Origin: Calditrichaceae bacterium
GTDB lineage: Bacteria > Calditrichota > Calditrichia > Calditrichales > JBFXGD01
NCBI GenBank assembly: GCA_050178385.1
Contig: JBFXGD010000033.1
Coordinates: 1-27,409 of the forward strand
Length of the DNA: 27,409 nt
Reading direction: 5' to 3'
A program made the translations under genes and the position numbers. Each line of letters opens with the position of its first letter. Position 1 is the first letter of the stretch. The notes beneath the pieces are model-generated. The model did not search any database. It had not been told where the DNA came from and saw nothing but the letters and a program-made list of their open reading frames with translations. Positions 27,201 to 27,409 of the stretch are shown in pieces.

Positions 27201-27409
27201 CATCCCAATTGTCCGCCTGGCCACCCAATATATCATCCGTGGAAATCCATTGTAAATTGCCAAGTTCATTTGCCTCAGCGATGCCGGTACTCTTTGTCGA
27301 GAAAAAATCCATTGTAGTGCGGAATTTTCTCAGAAAGGGTACCTTATCCAGGGATTCAGTAAATTTATTCCCGAGTTTTAGAATACGGATCATGTGCAGG
27401 ATTGTATTG
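21247..27409 (-). CDS. Hybrid lipo-initiation/type I PKS protein FAAL-ACP-KS-AT(degenerate)-KR(degenerate)-ACP; 5'-partial (>2048 aa)
   Basis: The frame stays open upstream of the Met at 27393 to the window edge (...NTILHMIRIL), and the FAAL N-terminus is missing, so 27393 is probably not the true start. FAAL motifs FLQYTSGSTGIPKG, WLPIYHDMGLIG, CYGLAEATL, FLRTGDLG, PKTSSGKIQR. ACP GLDS. KS DTACSSSL / HSTGT / KTNIGHLEAASG. Post-AT linker LPTYPFERQRYWIE. Terminal carrier FFDLGGNSL. Stop TGA at 21247-21249. Confidence 0.95.
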   Translation of the reverse strand, partial: NTILHMIRILKLGNKFTESLDKVPFLRKFRTTMDFFSTKSTGIAEANELGNLQWISTDDILGGQADNWDDPGISEDTLAFLQYTSGSTGIPKGVMLSHKNLLDNSAQIYEGFGYSKNSHGVIWLPIYHDMGLIGGILQPLFGNAPVTLISPIHFLQQPIRWLQAISKIKDKSIISGGPNFAYDLCVKKITPEQLMGLDLSHWDVAFTGAEPVRQQTIERFTETFKIAGFRKDSFLPCYGLAEATLFVTGNAFKTEPVVTILDKNGLGANKVILTEKESPDAMPLVSCGMTPSGQKIAIVNPESFDVCGDMQIGEIWIKGVNVAQGYWNRSEETEKTFHAHISGSGEGPFLRTGDLGFLDKGNLYVTGRVKDLIIIRGRNYYPQDIEYLIENSHPEIRPGCSAAFSIDVDSSERLIVVVEVRHTKNINVKQITDAIRLIINETFDIQTHSIALIKPRTIPKTSSGKIQRHACKNEYENGLLKLVTKSVETEPHKNAEDIRDIEHASGHSLQKSENALRIEEWLTTRLAEALEINTAEIDPSKPFAGYGLDSAQAVGLVGDLEVWLKRSLSPTLIWDYPDIGSLAAYLASEGEIPIFLHRKKKPAEIKNEPIAVIGYGLRMPGANNPEEFWKILKEGIDAITEIPADRWPADDYYDPNPGTPGKMITKYGGFISGVDQFDAHFFGISPKEAIHMDPQQRLLLETTWEAFESAGINADLIAGSNTGVYIGISTNDYSRLNNKNLNDISSYSGTGNALSLAANRISYTFDLRGPSLSVDTACSSSLTAIHNACRNLRQGDSGMFIAGGVNLILSPEVSVTLSQARMLSASGRCRSFDESADGYVRGEGCGVVLLKRLSDAIRDHDPIHAIIRGSAVNQDGRSNGITAPKGLAQQEVLQLALEDAGVLPNDIDYLESHSTGTAYGDPIEIEAIKKVLTVERDSSNPLIVGSVKTNIGHLEAASGISGFLKTILALNNGYIPKHLHLNNLNPQIKSGENPITFTISGRQWPMNNAKRLAGVSSFGIGGTNAHVIIEKAPETLSDPSEHKYHLLTLSAKSMTALDKISSNLAVFLIKYPDTNLSDFDYTLNTGRKPFNHRRIIVYRTYQELLDALNNNGAENIPTVSHKRIPVQTGIAFLFEGRTFAGGGLSEKLYEDIPEFRKYVDHCCELLKDKSDLPISDLLFNKIDIQSKSEVKLEQESISYLISFITQYAFARLLIDFGIMPEMMAGTDSGEYLCAHLAGVIALEDSMNLVIRHAETSIVRNVADEIPSDLSGSLKDFISSITLKKPSIRYISSVSGDFITPDKATDPEYYLKLLTESVQPSDILRSLSDQPQEPNIVSFAVNFPETRPSGLKNRMLSIITEAENEESTTLSIYRLIGQIWLAGKEINWGAFYRNELRNKISLPTYPFERQRYWIEQQASPATNDSNGKSLTDTSGRFYIPVWKQSDLPVRKIRLISAFKDSVCLIFGHHDPLTKQLTDQLREYTANVITVHDGNNFEVADKNSIFMNLSFEDDHRQLFNYLSDNNLNPGFILYSMSRPGIVSDKQNKEFLSGDDHIKGLVYLSRVLKTMGFSELPRIGVITQGMFDVTGSEIIDAAQAALAGLSVTLPEDNPGISLRLIDLDHVEYSNGFTRKYSEQILSEFSGQNSDRFIAYRGHHRWTRHNDAIQLDVPDKKELLLREDATYLISGRFDKSALLLAEELSKSAKIKLILLTDSFPAKENWDLWLESHDSKNEISLHIRQIRKIEKRVNRVKIFTGNLYNFKDYDAGIKSMGPIRGFIFADIDSDSALLDFISNGNPENITNPIKNLDASFKKLTKLTVENGSDFCILHSSLSTLNVKSGFAAYSAMAHYIDNFSSLENRKGQTQWISVNWDSRLIRSSETKSGSGLNSDIAADAIMRILALRGISRIAVSAEVPESKLIQKSERKSGNLNYSRPELPTNYIPPKTELEEQIVSSWQNLLGIYPIGVRDDFFDLGGNSLLGTQLIAQVREKFHVELPFQSLFTDPTISGIAEIIDREKNKATHKIDKMASVLAQIEKISDQQAADMLKARKND
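21700..23110 (-). other. Degenerate ketoreductase (structural plus catalytic subdomains; approximate bounds)
   Basis: YLISGRFDKSAL in place of YLITGGxGxxG; GFIFAD in place of GVxHAAG; SSLS...GFAAYSAMAHYID; WISVNWD. Confidence 0.8.
23330..24015 (-). other. Degenerate acyltransferase domain (approximate bounds)
   Basis: FLFEGRT in place of FxFxGQG; GTDSGEY in place of GHSxGEY; no HAFH/YASH motif; a large internal segment is missing. Confidence 0.85.
24320..25590 (-). other. Ketosynthase domain with Cys-His-His triad present (approximate bounds)
   Basis: EPIAVIG, MDPQQRLLLE, DTACSSSL (Cys 25075-25077), ESHSTGT (His 24670-24672), NIGHLEAASG, GVSSFGIGGTNAHVII. Confidence 0.93.
25650..25860 (-). 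other. Loading ACP (approximate bounds)
   Basis: FAGYGLDSAQAV, with the phosphopantetheine Ser codon at 25759-25761, and the C-terminal SPTLIWDYP motif. Confidence 0.9.
25960..27409 (-). other. Fatty acyl-AMP ligase (FAAL) domain, N-terminally truncated by the window (approximate bounds)
   Basis: Adenylate-forming motifs plus the FAAL-type insertion between CYGLAEATLFVTG and LVSCG (~26550-26670); immediately followed by an ACP. Confidence 0.9.

Noticed and set aside
156..27269. About 50 short (60-156 aa) ORFs in the six-frame track, mostly on the plus strand
   Set aside because: All lie antisense to, or out of frame within, the large NRPS/PKS genes. Several recur at equivalent A-domain positions (for example 418..723 and 3713..4117), as expected for shadows of conserved codons. 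None has a recognisable motif.
27391..27393. ATG at 27393 as the true start of the FAAL-PKS gene
   Set aside because: The frame is open to the window edge and the N-terminal part of the FAAL fold is absent, so the gene most likely begins upstream.
1..27409. Assignment to a known family (iturin/mycosubtilin, surfactin/lichenysin, puwainaphycin, pyoverdine) and use of their gene symbols
   Set aside because: There is no aminotransferase domain after the KS, and the module order and predicted residues do not fit those pathways as I know them. Only individual domains resemble them.

Overview
The whole 27.4 kb is the interior of one minus-strand, operon-like hybrid PKS-NRPS (lipopeptide-type) cluster that runs off both ends of the window. 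There are five giant genes in transcription order: (1) a 5'-truncated FAAL-ACP-KS-AT*-KR*-ACP protein (21247..>27409) with degenerate AT and KR domains; (2) NRPS C-A-T; (3) NRPS C-A-T-C-A-T-E* whose epimerization domain has lost its catalytic His; (4) NRPS C(DCL-like)-A-T-C-A-T; (5) a 3'-truncated NRPS C-A-T-C... (<1..3398) missing from the ORF track. Hand-read A-domain pocket codes suggest fatty acyl-(optional ketide)-Arg/Lys-Gln-X-X-Phe-Gln-..., with two pockets (DGAVAGAVAK, DAVVGVGVCK) that I do not recognise. No release domain, tailoring enzyme, transporter, RNA gene, mobile element or CRISPR is visible. I cannot assign the host taxon or match the cluster to a known compound from sequence alone. 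Domain boundaries are approximate and reference motifs are recalled, not searched.
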